Assembly: GCA_965263355.1 (NCBI GenBank)
Contig: CBDHHL010000046.1
Location: 64,001 to 128,000, forward strand
DNA length: 64,000 nucleotides
Source: Leptolyngbyaceae cyanobacterium
Lineage (GTDB): Bacteria; Cyanobacteriota; Cyanobacteriia; Phormidesmidales; Phormidesmidaceae
Direction: 5' to 3'
The translations under genes were made by a program, and so were the position numbers. This document shows positions 56,376 through 63,788 of the stretch, piece after piece (the stretch's first letter is position 1; each line of letters starts with the position of its first letter). Under the pieces are notes generated by a model that was not told the origin of the DNA, did no database searches, and saw nothing but the letters and a program-made list of their open reading frames with translations.

Positions 56376-56673
56376 TCTTCTTGATTGTCTCACAATAAGT
56401 CTGTAAAGTAGATCTTTGCCATTCTTCTAATTCGACTGAGTCCTCTATTTTCGACATCAACATAAAGATTATATGAAATAGTTCCCTATCTGGGATTTTA
56501 TCCTTTGCCGGTTGTTGGCCATCTACACTGCACCAAGCCACGTTTAAGCCACCGTTTGGCTCTCGGAGTATGGAAGCTAACAAAAGTGCATCACAACCTC
56601 CCAAGCCTTCTGCTTCAAGCTCTTCTTTTGAAAAATCGCCTTGTTCTATATTGTACCTGATGGAGTAATTCAT
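56347..56673 (-). CDS. Hypothetical protein
   Basis: 108-aa ORF with TAAGG upstream. Confidence 0.65.
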   Translation of the reverse strand: MNYSIRYNIEQGDFSKEELEAEGLGGCDALLLASILREPNGGLNVAWCSVDGQQPAKDKIPDRELFHIIFMLMSKIEDSVELEEWQRSTLQTYCETIKKIMTELRLQT

Positions 56674-56753
56674 CTCGTACCTTACTCAACACAATTGTAT
56701 TTTAGAGGCTAGCATTGGCTACGACGATATGGCATAAAAGCCAAGACGGGTCT

Positions 56754-57079
56754 GAAAGCGGTGTTCGAGCTTGGATCTTCACTTTGGGGTGCATGTTGAT
56801 TAGCTATGTTAGACGGACACTCTAACATAGCCTCTTAGGCCTTTAGCTCAATTGGATAGAGCAACCGAGGACTTTTCGGTAGGTTCGGGGTTCGAATCCT
56901 TGAGGGCCTGAGGGAGGAGATGACAATAAATTTTCTCCCCCGTAGCGAACAACTTTTGAACAAAGTTATGCCTGCATTGTCATCTCCTCTCGTTAATCTT
57001 GAAATTAGCCCGAACTTATTGGGGTAAGAATTAGGTGAACAAAATCACAAGCGCACTCGCGCACATCGAACACGCTTTC
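56754..57079 (+). ncRNA. Putative ~330-nt nested structured RNA enclosing a tRNA-like domain
   Basis: Outer helix GAAAGCGGTGTTCGA/TCGAACACGCTTTC; inner GCTTG/CAAGC, TTCACT/GGTGAA and GATTAG/TTAATC; hairpins 56803-56831 and 56912-56991. Confidence 0.7.
56837..56910 (+). tRNA. tRNA-like element with Arg-type body and non-canonical anticodon loop (GGACTTT), no CCA
   Basis: AGGCCTT-TA-GCTC AATTGGATA GAGC-A-ACCGA GGACTTT TCGGT-AGGTT-CGGGG TTCGAAT CCTTG-AGGGCCT-G; lacks U33 and purine 37. Confidence 0.8.
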
Positions 57080-57113
57080 CTAAGTCTCGGCCCAATCGAG
57101 GAAGCAGTATAGA

Positions 57114-57157
57114 GAGGGGGATGGGTAGTATAAAAGCTATTCATCTCTTTTAGCTAA
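57114..57157 (+). terminator. Hairpin with ATAAAA loop ending TTTTAGCTA
   Basis: GATGGGTAGT ATAAAA GCTATTCATC stem-loop plus T tract. Confidence 0.65.
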
Positions 57158-57530
57158 TAGATAAACTGGCTTCTGTCATGGTGTTGCGCCCAAAAGAACT
57201 TTCGAGCATATTTTTTAGCCTAGAAATTTCGTCAAGAAGTTCACAGGTATCCCTCGATTTGAAAGTATTGATTTCAGACTCAGCCATCTTCCTGAACTTG
57301 CCATTAGAAACTAGCGTTCCCCAGGATGTTGTGGAAGAGCCTTCAAACTCCCAAACTGCCCAAGTAAAGTTCTCTCGGTCGCAATGATTCCAACGAGATA
57401 ATATCGCGGAGGTCAGTCGGAGAAGGTCATGTCGCTCTATGACTTGGTTGTGGCTAAGAATCTTAACATTCTCGAGTTTGGCTTCTGCCTCTGGTAAAAG
57501 TAGTAGAAATATTTGGAACTTGATTTTCAT
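57150..57530 (-). CDS. Hypothetical protein
   Basis: 126 aa with ATGA overlap to the upstream gene. Confidence 0.6.
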   Translation of the reverse strand: MKIKFQIFLLLLPEAEAKLENVKILSHNQVIERHDLLRLTSAILSRWNHCDRENFTWAVWEFEGSSTTSWGTLVSNGKFRKMAESEINTFKSRDTCELLDEISRLKNMLESSFGRNTMTEASLSIS

Positions 57531-57853
57531 TTGAGCCTATTTCTAGTTGCTGCCTGTGACGTAAGAACGTCGTCCACGCGACTTTTTAAGCCTTCTCGAT
57601 CAACCCAGGAGAAATTGTAAAAGAATCGCAAATAGGCCTGTGCCCCTGTCTCAGACACTAAATACTTTGGTCGCGGACTTCTATCGGATATTAACAATCC
57701 TCTGTCGCTCAATTTTTTAAGCCGTGTGTTAAGACCGGATTCCACCACATCCGGATTTCTTCGTGCTACAGACACTGCCTGAAGCAAAGGATAGCAAAAC
57801 AACGTGTCAATAATTAGCGCATCTGCGTGTGTAATAATAATACTATCAGTCAT
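57527..57853 (-). CDS. Winged-helix DNA-binding protein
   Basis: LNTRLKKLSDRGLL...KYLVSETG wHTH pattern. Confidence 0.6.
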   Translation of the reverse strand: MTDSIIITHADALIIDTLFCYPLLQAVSVARRNPDVVESGLNTRLKKLSDRGLLISDRSPRPKYLVSETGAQAYLRFFYNFSWVDREGLKSRVDDVLTSQAATRNRLK

Positions 57854-57975
57854 GATTACTCAGGGGTTGGTATGCACGAAGACTTCTCCTGCTGCTTCTG
57901 CCTTCTGTATGGTGCATACCAACATAAGCTTGATAACAAAGTTTTTCACATAATGCACGAAGATTTTGCTTTTGT

Positions 57976-58365
57976 GTGCAAAGTCTGGGTACGATGCAAG
58001 CTATGCAATCACGCATAATCCTTGTAGAAAATAATGAACATACGCGTAAGGCTTTATTTACGTTGCTGGAGCATGCGCAAGAAGTTACAAATCCAGCCAG
58101 TCTTACTGCATTGGATCAGTTAGCGAAAGAAGACCTGATGGGAGAGAAGAATCTTGAAACTGGCTTAGAGCCTAGTAACCTAACAGCAATTTTGCTTTCT
58201 GCCCACTCTTACGCAGGGAAAACTCTTAAGCAAGTCAAGCAAATGCTAATTTCGGAAGCTCTAGAAGCCTGCAACCACAATACTTCCAAGGCAGCAAAAA
58301 TGCTTGGCTTGAGCACACGAACGGTCCAATACCAACGGGCCCGTTGGCGTAACGAATCAATTTAG
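57976..58365 (+). CDS. Fis-type HTH protein with degenerate receiver-like N terminus
   Basis: RIILVENN...RKAL N-terminal strand/helix; TLKQVKQMLISEALEACNHNTSKAAKMLGLSTRTV HTH_8-like C terminus. Confidence 0.75.
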   Translation: MQSLGTMQAMQSRIILVENNEHTRKALFTLLEHAQEVTNPASLTALDQLAKEDLMGEKNLETGLEPSNLTAILLSAHSYAGKTLKQVKQMLISEALEACNHNTSKAAKMLGLSTRTVQYQRARWRNESI

Positions 58366-58405
58366 TTGTTACATGAACTTATTGTGAGAGGGGTACTCCT
58401 ACAAT

Positions 58406-58421
58406 AATGACACGTGTCATT
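58406..58421. promoter_or_regulatory. Palindrome AATGACACGTGTCATT directly after a TACAAT -10-like box
   Basis: Identical to the core of 47117-47140. Confidence 0.65.
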
Positions 58422-58434
58422 TCGAGGGAAAATA

Positions 58435-58569
58435 ATGAAGTACTTAATAGTATTAACGGTGGGTTTTATTTTGGGTGTGATGATCGGACGTTTCCAGTCC
58501 GATCGAATTCAGGTATTGGAAACTATGATTATAGACCGTGCCTCTTCTTACATAGAAGCGCGGAAATAA
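58435..58569 (+). CDS. Small membrane protein (44 aa, not in ORF track)
   Basis: MKYLIVLTVGFILGVMIGR...; GAGGG RBS upstream. Confidence 0.55.
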   Translation: MKYLIVLTVGFILGVMIGRFQSDRIQVLETMIIDRASSYIEARK

Positions 58570-58955
58570 CCCTCCGCAATCGATTGAGATACATTTAAAT
58601 CATGAATTACGTCATAGATTTTCTGGTCTAATACGAACTTCAATATTTCTTTTTCTTCATCTTCGGTCATTAGCCGGGTCTCTCCAGCCTTTTTAAAATT
58701 CTCGAAAGAGCTTCCTATGGTGGCTGTGGAAGACCACTGCCACCACTGGCCCCCCTTCAACTCTTCATTACCGAGTAGCATCGGTCCAATTACATCTAGT
58801 CCGAATTGCTCTATCGGGTACACATGATCTAGGAATGCAACCTGTTTGATGACCCGAATATCTCTGGGGAGGGCGGGTTGCCCCTCCTCCCCAACAATCC
58901 TAAAAGAAAGTTTAAGAGTGATATTTTGGTGAGTGGTGTTGTTTGTGTTTGTCAT
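58548..58955 (-). CDS. Hypothetical protein
   Basis: 135-aa ORF. Confidence 0.65.
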   Translation of the reverse strand: MTNTNNTTHQNITLKLSFRIVGEEGQPALPRDIRVIKQVAFLDHVYPIEQFGLDVIGPMLLGNEELKGGQWWQWSSTATIGSSFENFKKAGETRLMTEDEEKEILKFVLDQKIYDVIHDLNVSQSIAEGYFRASM

Positions 58956-59047
58956 CGTGAAAACCGTTAAACCAGACTTCTTTTAGCCTGAGAATACGAC
59001 ACATAACCGACTAAATTTTTCTGAAACAATATGAGATAAGAAAGTCA

Positions 59048-59767
59048 ATGTTTACAATCACAAATGAAATTGATCTCCAAAACTGGGTAAGAGCGCTCTT
59101 ACTGGTGAATCCCGAACTGATGACTCGAATCCGGCTTTACCTTTCGATCGACCTCAAAGGCGAAGCCTTTCTCCTCAAGGCAGCAGCATCTAAAGAGGCT
59201 CAAGAAACCATACCGATTGAGATTTCCGGCATTTTCTGTGGGCTGTGTAGTGACAAGCAAGAACAAGATACCTTGTGGAGAGTGCTGACTCAGTACAAAG
59301 TACTAGTCCAAGAAACTGCAAGAATTTTTGAACTTCACATTGACTATGTCGAGACAGAGCTTGAGCAGAAAATAACTCTCCTCGCCTATTTGGGCGAAGA
59401 ACAAGCAAGAATAGAAGAGGTTTTTGAAACAGATGAATCAAACGTATTCCAGTTCGAAGGCAACAGCTACCTCGTTGTTGATGATGAGGTAGCTGACGAA
59501 GAAATAAGAGAAAAACTCAGTTCAGAGCTAAGCTCCTGGGTGAGTGCCGAGCGCTTGATGCAGTTCAGCATCGTTGGGAGGAATGTACTGAACGTAATAC
59601 TCGAATCAAATCTACAACCGGAAGAGAAAAACGAAGCCCTCCTAAAACTCCTTCGAGATCCGGAAGAATTGCTAAAGGACCTAGTAGCTGAATTTGGCAG
59701 AGAACCGCTCTCAATTGATAATATAGAAGGAGAGCTAAATGGGCTCTTCATTTACCGCATTGCATAG
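59048..59767 (+). CDS. Acidic hypothetical phage protein
   Basis: 239 aa with YLVVDDEVADE...GR...IYRI motif; ATAAG promoter motif upstream. Confidence 0.75.
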   Translation: MFTITNEIDLQNWVRALLLVNPELMTRIRLYLSIDLKGEAFLLKAAASKEAQETIPIEISGIFCGLCSDKQEQDTLWRVLTQYKVLVQETARIFELHIDYVETELEQKITLLAYLGEEQARIEEVFETDESNVFQFEGNSYLVVDDEVADEEIREKLSSELSSWVSAERLMQFSIVGRNVLNVILESNLQPEEKNEALLKLLRDPEELLKDLVAEFGREPLSIDNIEGELNGLFIYRIA

Positions 59768-59780
59768 ATTCGAATAGTCA

Positions 59781-60095
59781 ATGTTACCTCTACCAAAAGA
59801 ACTTTTTTCCTACGTCGAGCCGAGCATTGTCAAGAAGCTGAGAGGTTTTGACGAGCAGGATGCGAAGGAGTGGCTCGCGCTTGAACTCACAAATCAGGTC
59901 TGGGCTTCAGACCAAAACTGGAGCAAGATAATTGCTGAACATGGAAACCTTAGTGAATCAACCTTATTGACCGAAGTCGTTTCAAAAACAATAAAGTTTG
60001 GAGCCGCGACAGAGGGTTTCAAAAAGTTTTTTCTCCATAACAACGCCTCTTTAGATTTCTGCAGTTACGAGGAAATGCTCGAATATTGGGCATGA
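59781..60095 (+). CDS. Hypothetical protein
   Basis: 104-aa ORF. Confidence 0.65.
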   Translation: MLPLPKELFSYVEPSIVKKLRGFDEQDAKEWLALELTNQVWASDQNWSKIIAEHGNLSESTLLTEVVSKTIKFGAATEGFKKFFLHNNASLDFCSYEEMLEYWA

Positions 60096-60250
60096 GGCGG
60101 AACCAATTGCCCGCAGACAAACAAGTTACTCGTTACATCAAATTGCCGTCCTTGCTACAATTTGTAAAAACCGGTTTCGACTTAGACAAGGTGAACCTTC
60201 CTCTTCCGGACACAGGATTAGAAAATGTGTATGTACCTGGCGAAAGATGA
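60092..60250 (+). CDS. Small hypothetical protein (52 aa, not in ORF track)
   Basis: ATGA overlap with the upstream stop; MRRNQLPADKQVTRYIKLP... Confidence 0.5.
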   Translation: MRRNQLPADKQVTRYIKLPSLLQFVKTGFDLDKVNLPLPDTGLENVYVPGER

Positions 60251-60275
60251 GCGTTACTTTCGGCATAAGTAAAGA

Positions 60276-60587
60276 ATGGAACTACAGAGCACTATGCTCC
60301 TAAACTTCATTCTTGCTTGGCTAATCCTGTTCGGACTATCCTTTATCATAACTCTCTGTGTTGTCTATCCCTTAATGCGGCGCATCAGGGCAGAGAAACT
60401 ATTCTGGTACTACAAGGGGCAGGTAGCTGGCATCCAGCGACACAGATGCCTAACAAAGGCCCCCCGTGTCACCGCAGAAGCTCAATATGATGACCTCTTA
60501 AAAAGATTCCAAACTCAACCTGGTGTCACCAAGGCGAAAGTTAAGAAGCTTCAAAAGGTCATAGAGGAGGCCAAGAGAGGAGACTAG
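60276..60587 (+). CDS. Single-pass membrane protein
   Basis: N-terminal TM segment and basic C terminus; flanked by promoter motif and terminator. Confidence 0.7.
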   Translation: MELQSTMLLNFILAWLILFGLSFIITLCVVYPLMRRIRAEKLFWYYKGQVAGIQRHRCLTKAPRVTAEAQYDDLLKRFQTQPGVTKAKVKKLQKVIEEAKRGD

Positions 60588-60589
60588 CA

Positions 60590-60632
60590 AGGAGAAAAGA
60601 GTAGACTCTACATCTACTTTTTTCTTAGCTAG
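60590..60632 (+). terminator. Intrinsic terminator ending TTAGCTAG
   Basis: AAAAGAGTAGA/TCTACTTTTT stem plus T tract. Confidence 0.6.
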
Positions 60633-60679
60633 CACATTCTTGTGGCAGTTTTGCCACAGAGCAACCTTATAAGTTAAAC

Positions 60680-61078
60680 ATGACTTCTACAGAAGCATTC
60701 TGGATTGAACTTAAACCAGCTGGAAAATGGCTCAAAAACAATGTTCCCTTGATGGAACAATGGACAACACTACTCCAGCAAAAGGGAAAAGAAACAGTGC
60801 TCAAGTTCATGATGAACTATGCGGCGAATCTTCTAGAATCTAAAATTATCCTTCCACCACCACCAGTGCATCGGTATGACTCGGATGCAGATAAGCTACT
60901 CTCAAAACAAGATAAAACCGAACTTCTAGAGATACTAGATCAACAATTAGAAACTAGCTCCCTTAATGAGGAGCAAAAGGATGCTGTGCGAAAGTGTCTC
61001 GGTCGGGTATTGGAAGCAGAAGTAGAATATGGAGAACTGGCCATTGCTTGTGAAGACGACGATACTTTTGTTGGTTGA
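60680..61078 (+). CDS. Hypothetical protein
   Basis: 132 aa; preceded by TATAAG-N6. Confidence 0.7.
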   Translation: MTSTEAFWIELKPAGKWLKNNVPLMEQWTTLLQQKGKETVLKFMMNYAANLLESKIILPPPPVHRYDSDADKLLSKQDKTELLEILDQQLETSSLNEEQKDAVRKCLGRVLEAEVEYGELAIACEDDDTFVG

Positions 61079-61117
61079 ATCATTTTCCAAAAAGACATAT
61101 TCGCACGGAGACCGATA

Positions 61118-61369
61118 ATGCCAAATAAACTACCTACACCAGAAGAGCTATGGGATCCAGACGAAGTTCGAGACGCAGTCTATGACGCTCTCGGAGAAAT
61201 GATGAAAAACAATAAAGTGCTCAGAGCCCAGCTAACTAGCCAATGGGTCAAAGACGGGCATTTAGTAGAGCGAAAGATCAAGCACGATCATCTTGGTACG
61301 GCTACTGAGATCGATGAGGAAAAATTCCTGGCGCTCTGTTGGATTTTACGAGACCACATAATCTTTTAA
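61118..61369 (+). CDS. Hypothetical protein
   Basis: 83 aa with GGAG RBS. Confidence 0.65.
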   Translation: MPNKLPTPEELWDPDEVRDAVYDALGEMMKNNKVLRAQLTSQWVKDGHLVERKIKHDHLGTATEIDEEKFLALCWILRDHIIF

Positions 61370-61371
61370 AT

Positions 61372-62163
61372 ATGAGAAAACCAAAAATCCACGAACTCAA
61401 AATTCCCACTCATGACATACAAGCTCTTTGGAGAGGGACAAAGAAATCGGAAATCCGGATCAATGATCGAGATTTTCAACCCAACGACTATATCCTATTT
61501 CGGGAGTGGTGCGATGAGGACTTAAAGTTCTTAAAAGGAACAATATCCACACAAATCACTTACATCCTAGACCGAGATATAGGCCTCGCAGAAGGCTACG
61601 TTATGCTTTGTTTAGTAAAGATAGCTGACGACCTTCCTATCTTATCAGATGTAGCTCGAGCCACGCGTATATTCGCCTATAAAAGTGACGACACTGTGGT
61701 GGAATTTGAAAAATTTGGTCGAGTGGATACCTTTGAAAAACTCCAAGTCACACACGCAAAGTGTCAGGTGATACCAAATTACGGAGAATTTTTAGCAGTG
61801 TACGGCCCTGAAGGGCGTCTCACACCCTATCAAATGAATGTTAGAACATCCCGTTTAGATACAGAAGACGGAGAGTTCTTTTCATTTTGTGGGCATCAAG
61901 TATCTGACTTCGATCCACGTGTGGAGCCACTGTTAGATCAGGTTAAGAACTTGCTGATGGATGAACTGCATAGCCTCACTTGGTCTATGAGGACCAAGCC
62001 AGAAGTCTGGAAAATCTTCAAAAAGGCGAAACGCGACGAAGACCCAGAACCTCACATTCAACAACTCTATGCTTTGGGGCTACAAGTAACCCCAGAAACA
62101 TTCTCTTACACCCATAATCTCCTCCACAGCCAAGAGATCCCACAACCTTTAATTAGGGATTAG
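61372..62163 (+). CDS. ASCH/DUF3850-like domain protein with C-terminal extension
   Basis: Start reassigned to ATG 61372; HELKI...GTKKSEIRINDRDFQPNDY..FREW...ITYI...GYVML. Confidence 0.75.
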   Translation: MRKPKIHELKIPTHDIQALWRGTKKSEIRINDRDFQPNDYILFREWCDEDLKFLKGTISTQITYILDRDIGLAEGYVMLCLVKIADDLPILSDVARATRIFAYKSDDTVVEFEKFGRVDTFEKLQVTHAKCQVIPNYGEFLAVYGPEGRLTPYQMNVRTSRLDTEDGEFFSFCGHQVSDFDPRVEPLLDQVKNLLMDELHSLTWSMRTKPEVWKIFKKAKRDEDPEPHIQQLYALGLQVTPETFSYTHNLLHSQEIPQPLIRD

Positions 62164-62542
62164 ATGTGGGAGATTCCGCTCTTCGCTTTCTTCGCTCACG
62201 AGCAGCCCTAGCAGCCTTTCCAGCCCCGGCCACCCCGCTAACAATAGCCATTCCTTGAGCTCCTGAATGACCAGCAATCCCTATTTGCCTATCAAGTGCG
62301 TTGTGGCCCACAGACATACCCAAAACAGAGCTACCAGCCCCATACAAGGCTCCATCGGATATATCTTGGACAAGTTCTGCATACGTTCTATCCTTGCTGT
62401 AACCACCCATACCGCCCGCCATACCTCCACCAAGTGCTGAAGCGTTAAAGGTTGTTGTCCACGGATGATATTTGGCCATGTTGACTAAATTTTTAGCCTT
62501 GGCTTTAGCCCATGCCCGTACCAAATCTGCTGCTGATTTCAC
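62153..62542 (-). CDS. Glycine-zipper protein (DRT family, paralog)
   Basis: Start reassigned to GTG 62542 (MKSAADLVRAW) after TACCTT-N6; aligns by eye with 50703-51113. Confidence 0.7.
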   Translation of the reverse strand: MKSAADLVRAWAKAKAKNLVNMAKYHPWTTTFNASALGGGMAGGMGGYSKDRTYAELVQDISDGALYGAGSSVLGMSVGHNALDRQIGIAGHSGAQGMAIVSGVAGAGKAARAARERRKRRAESPTSNP

Positions 62543-62620
62543 CGCAATAAGGTAACATGAGACTAACCTTGTCGCTAAATAGCCCCACAATCGACACGTA
62601 AAGATGCTAAATATGGCTAG

Positions 62621-63265
62621 GTGACCTATCAACAGAAACAAACCACAAGAAACAATTTCAAAATCGGAGTATTGGTAGACCAATATCAGTACTACTCCTT
62701 CAACTCTATCTGGTCTAAAGACAAAATAATCGACTTTTTTGTCAGAGACCTCCCACCAGGCTGTATCGTGGAAGATCTTGTTGAGGCTAGCCTCAACGTC
62801 TATTGTCAATTTTATAGCCTCAACTGTGTCATCAAAGAGGTTCATACTACTTTCAATAAAGAAACAGGTGAGATTGACTACAGAGTCAAGGCTCTCGTCC
62901 CAGAAAACGCACCCCGGATAACCTCCGAGATCTACGCTAGACTAGAAGCATGGAAACCGAACATTCAAGGCTTGCAATGGGACAAGGCATTCCAAGTTTA
63001 CAAAGTGGTTTGGTTTGTAGCGCCAGACACAGGTTTTCTCAGCAAGACTACGGTAGTTTGTGTCTCTGCAAGCTCTAAGGAAAGAGCCATTAAACTGGCT
63101 CAAGGAAGCGTATCCGAGGACCAGGAACCGCACAGAGTGAGTCTATGTCCCTGCTCAGAGGAACAAGGACTAGAAAAGGTCTTGAGTAAAAGCTATACAA
63201 GCCACACAGAGAACAAACTAAATGACAAAGAATGGCTAAATACCGAATTTGGGCAAGAGATATAA
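62621..63265 (+). CDS. Hypothetical protein
   Basis: 214-aa ORF. Confidence 0.65.
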   Translation: MTYQQKQTTRNNFKIGVLVDQYQYYSFNSIWSKDKIIDFFVRDLPPGCIVEDLVEASLNVYCQFYSLNCVIKEVHTTFNKETGEIDYRVKALVPENAPRITSEIYARLEAWKPNIQGLQWDKAFQVYKVVWFVAPDTGFLSKTTVVCVSASSKERAIKLAQGSVSEDQEPHRVSLCPCSEEQGLEKVLSKSYTSHTENKLNDKEWLNTEFGQEI

Positions 63266-63311
63266 GTAATCACAACCAACCTAAGACAACCGTGAGTCAA
63301 TTAGGTTACAC

Positions 63312-63788
63312 GTGAGCAGGTCCATTGCCATCCCCAAACCCCTCTGGTATCCAATCTCCAAAATGAACATCCAAGAGTCTAGACAATTTACCCAACTATG
63401 GGAGTATCTAGTACGCAGTATTACGCCCGACTTGGCCGAAGTTGAGACTAGAGTAACGGCGTTTGGTCGCGAATGTGCCGAAGCCAAAAAAGTAGTTGGC
63501 TTTGAAGAGTTAGCAACTTGGCTGGAATCAGCAATTTGGAAGGGGCGAACGGAAGTCACAGAGATTCGAGAAATGGTAAGAAATTTTGGGGAATCCTGTG
63601 CCGGCCCAGAAAACGTGGCCAGGGAATTTTTAAAAGAGCATAACTTAGTACACGATGAAACCGAATTAAAATTTGAGGTTGAAATGATTCTACTGCTTGG
63701 AAAAAATAAGGAGACCGCTAAAGCCATTAAGATTCTACAAGAAGCTAAGAATGCTTCTTGGCTACGTGGGTACAGGGATGCTGACTGA
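63312..63788 (+). CDS. Hypothetical protein
   Basis: 158-aa ORF. Confidence 0.65.
   Translation: MSRSIAIPKPLWYPISKMNIQESRQFTQLWEYLVRSITPDLAEVETRVTAFGRECAEAKKVVGFEELATWLESAIWKGRTEVTEIREMVRNFGESCAGPENVAREFLKEHNLVHDETELKFEVEMILLLGKNKETAKAIKILQEAKNASWLRGYRDAD

Noticed and set aside
56837..56910. Calling it a functional tRNA-Ser(ACT)
   Set aside because: It has no U33, no purine 37 and no long variable arm, and the body is Arg-like.
62543..62845. N-terminal 101 codons of the 230-aa ORF 62153-62845
   Set aside because: They overlap the plus-strand gene 62621-63265; the motif and promoter point to GTG 62542.
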